A stretch of 63,674 nucleotides of DNA, counting the filler, from Globobulimina sp. (lineage: Eukaryota), in NCBI GenBank assembly GCA_003354225.1. It is 56 parts of 56 records of this genome, joined end to end, with 100 filler letters (N's around TTAATTAATTAA, not from the genome) between each part and the next. Parts side by side here need not be neighbours in the genome. Positions count along the whole stretch, not along the records: positions 60,361 to 61,398 come from PIVH01025149.1; positions 61,499 to 62,536 come from PIVH01025150.1; positions 62,637 to 63,674 come from PIVH01025151.1; 53 more parts are not named here. One strand, given 5' to 3'. This document shows, piece by piece, positions 60,815 to 63,674 of the stretch (position 1 is the first letter of the stretch; every line of letters begins with the position of its first letter). A program made the position numbers and the translations under genes. Below the pieces are notes generated by a model that did no database searches, was not told the DNA's origin, and worked only from the letters and a program-made list of their open reading frames with translations.

Positions 60815-61173
60815 GCGATTGTCCGAACTATGTGTGTTCAGCTGCATGCTTTAATCGTTAATGAAGTCTGTAATATGAGAATGCTGAACATTACCAATTG
60901 CCTCGAAAAGTACTATTCGAGGAAATAAAAATGATTTACGAATCGAATAATAGATTGGCAGCAAACACAAAGAAAATCCAAATATTTGATAAAAACGGTG
61001 ATAAAAACCATATCCAAAAATGTTTATTTTTCCCTCCATTCCAAATGGAAGTCGCTCTCCGCGTAAAAATTATTAAACAAATACTGATATACATCAAGAG
61101 TACGAGAGGCGATCTGTTGAGGATGTACGTGAATGGTAAATGTAAAAAAATTGAGTCACAGCCAAAAAATTGA
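60815..61173 (+). mobile_element. Degenerate second copy of the LINE 3' end seen at 54746-55708
   Basis: HIQKCLFFPPFQMEVALRVKIIKQI..Y...TRGDLLRMYVNGKCKK versus HIQKYLFFPSFKLDIKLRIQIIKAI..Y...TRYDLLRSYINGQCKK. Confidence 0.75.
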
Positions 61174-61498
61174 GTCACAGCCAATATTCGGAAATTACGA
61201 AGTTTAATTGTTCTTTATTTGCAGTATAATGTTCTTTATCATTTTATTTTTATCTTTACTTTATTTTATTTTATTTTTACATTATTTAACGTTTCGGAGT
61301 TTGTATATAATGAATTCTGTTGCATTTGTTTTACAGTAAATTATCATTATTACAACTGTATTTATGATGATATTGCCTTATTACATCCCTTCTCTACGNN
61401 NNNNNNNNNNNNNNNNNNNNNNNNNNNNNNNNNNNNNNNNNNTTAATTAATTAANNNNNNNNNNNNNNNNNNNNNNNNNNNNNNNNNNNNNNNNNNNN

Positions 61499-61768
61499 AT
61501 AGATGCATCAAATTAGCTCGCAATATTAACTTTGAATAAAATTCCTTTGAGATGTGAACACATCCAATAAATACGAAACTTTCCAACAGGACAGATTTTT
61601 CATATATTGCCTTAAACACAAACTATGGACCATACAACAAAAAATGATTGTTTTCGAAGAAACAATTGAATGAAAAATCTGTCCTGTTGGAAAGTTTCGT
61701 ATTTATTGGAACATCTCAAAGGAATTTTATTCAAAGTTAATATTGCGAGCTAAATTGATGCATCTATA
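61499..61768. repeat. About 100-bp inverted repeat (MITE/foldback-like)
   Basis: 61499-61600 versus 61673-61768; the arms differ by a 7-nt indel and a substitution. Confidence 0.85.
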
Positions 61769-62139
61769 GACCAATCATTCCAATCATTCCAAAAACGTGT
61801 AGTGTTTGCCTTTGTTTCTGAATATCATGTACAACAGAAACATAATTTATTTCATGTACAAACATACCTGAGAAACCTTATATTGCTTAGTTCCGGTACT
61901 TATGTATTGGCTGTTATTTTATGTAATATGCGTATGCAAAGAAAAAGCATGGTTATGCACAATATGGCACTCGTCGATAAGAAGGGATTTCACAATTTCA
62001 CAATTCATTGCTTATCATTCTCACAGATTTCTGTTTCGTAGTCGATATTTTTAGACGAAATTCATAAATAGAAATAATATTTAGCATCGCCAATCTAAAA
62101 GACATTGGACTTTAGGGAGTGTTGCGAAATTACGTAATT

Positions 62140-62284
62140 AAAGAGCATCCAGTCTTCAGCGTCAGATTTTTATTGGGGTAAGGTATAAGCAAACCGTTTC
62201 TGGTGACTGATAACGGTAAAAATAATATAGGTCTGCCTTCATTTCTCAGAAACAATAAAAATCTGACGCTGAAAACCAGATGCT
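62140..62284. mobile_element. MITE family A, near-complete copy in the opposite orientation
   Basis: Diverged reverse complement of 46382-46530. Confidence 0.85.
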
Positions 62285-63674
62285 GGTAACCTGACCAAAG
62301 TTATCTGTGTGTTGTTAAGAAATAAATTATTATTATATACAAATCAAATAAAAATTAAGTAAACTTTGTGCCGTTACCCGGCTTGTAAAACATTTAACTA
62401 ATCACAACTCTTGGTAGTAGTCTCATAGAAAAAAAACAAAGTTAGATTTTTCTTACATAGACACAAGTACGAGGCAATGTTCTCGCTGTCGTTTATTAAG
62501 CAATGACTATTATTAAATACATTTAATTTTATTAAGNNNNNNNNNNNNNNNNNNNNNNNNNNNNNNNNNNNNNNNNNNNNTTAATTAATTAANNNNNNNN
62601 NNNNNNNNNNNNNNNNNNNNNNNNNNNNNNNNNNNNATGGTTACGGATGGTTTGCTTAACTCGATTTGCATCGTATTTTCATTCAATATGAGATATGTAT
62701 CAGTTCCCGACTTGAAATGCAAAAAGAAAAAGATAACAAATGATAAGGATAAGGATAAGGATACGGAAGGAAATCAAAATTACGATAAAGTGAATACTGA
62801 ACCCACGATAACTGAGTGTCAGACAATATGCGTTTCTCCATAAATATACTTTTATTGTATTATGCCAAATTCAAACTCGATTCGATTGTATAATTCATAT
62901 GTTCAATTCAACTCGCTCTGTGCTTTGGATATCGGATGTCACAAAGCACGGAATTTTATCAACACAAAGATAATTAAATAAGTACTTTATATATACCGTT
63001 TTTTAATTTTGTGTGTATACTTATTGAAAAATCTGCGTGTGTACTTATTGTAGAAGATGCTTTGACAATATTATTAATTATTAGATATTGCACATTGTGC
63101 TTTTAAGTGCATATTAATTCAGAGTAACATTTTTTAAGTAACTAAGAATGAAAAAACCATTAAAACCACAAAAAAGCAGTAAAGATAAGATGATAAGAAT
63201 AAAGTAATCAATGTGGATCCATGGACGTATACATGGACACAGCTGTACATAATTAAGTAACTCTATTAATATATGATACTCTCTAAAAATAACATCCATT
63301 TTTGGTATTCGAAACAATTCTAAAATTAATTTCAAACTATTTCATTCACAAAGCACTGCCAACTGCAACACATTCACCACACATCAAACATCACCAATTC
63401 AACATGTTATACACCCTTAACGTTGAGTAATATACATCCATTGTCACAATTTGTATATCATTGCACCGAATCTTTCTACACAGATATTAGCATATTTAGC
63501 AGCATGTTTATCCGCAACATCCACAAATAACAACGAAGCAGAAACGAATTCATACAGGATAAGAGCAGCAGAATTAACAAGACCACTCAATATGTATACA
63601 CCAGAAACAACACAAAAGCAACCACAATTTCCGATAACACAATCACAGAATGACTTAATATCAAATATAACTTC

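Noticed and set aside
62637-63674. Short ORFs in the last contig
   Set aside because: Short, AT-rich, no motifs.

Overview
This is not contiguous DNA. It is 56 unrelated, length-sorted contigs of 1040 to 1038 bp, joined by an artificial 100-bp linker (44 N + TTAATTAATTAA + 44 N), so adjacency across linkers has no meaning. Most contigs are AT-rich eukaryotic gene fragments with short GT-AG introns, from families consistent with a foraminiferan/rhizarian host (host identity is inference): MATH, SPRY, RCC1, C2H2, C-type lectin, Gly-rich proteins, an atypical kinase, MFS transporters, SOAT, GH3/GH5/GH28, RPL10A and GAPDH. There are also remnants of Penelope, LINE (RNase H), Gypsy and DIRS-like retroelements, several MITE-like families, two nematode-like contigs, and prokaryote/phage-like pieces (NRPS C domain, rodA, DUF2265, SLOG). 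The standout is a qNor-family gene at 21651-22689 carrying the nitric oxide dismutase (Nod) substitutions. It is broken by three -1 frameshifts, each repairable by a single T. Several contigs also show abrupt internal junctions or deletions, suggesting amplification chimeras or genuine rearrangement. All family calls come from motif recognition by eye; no searches were run.
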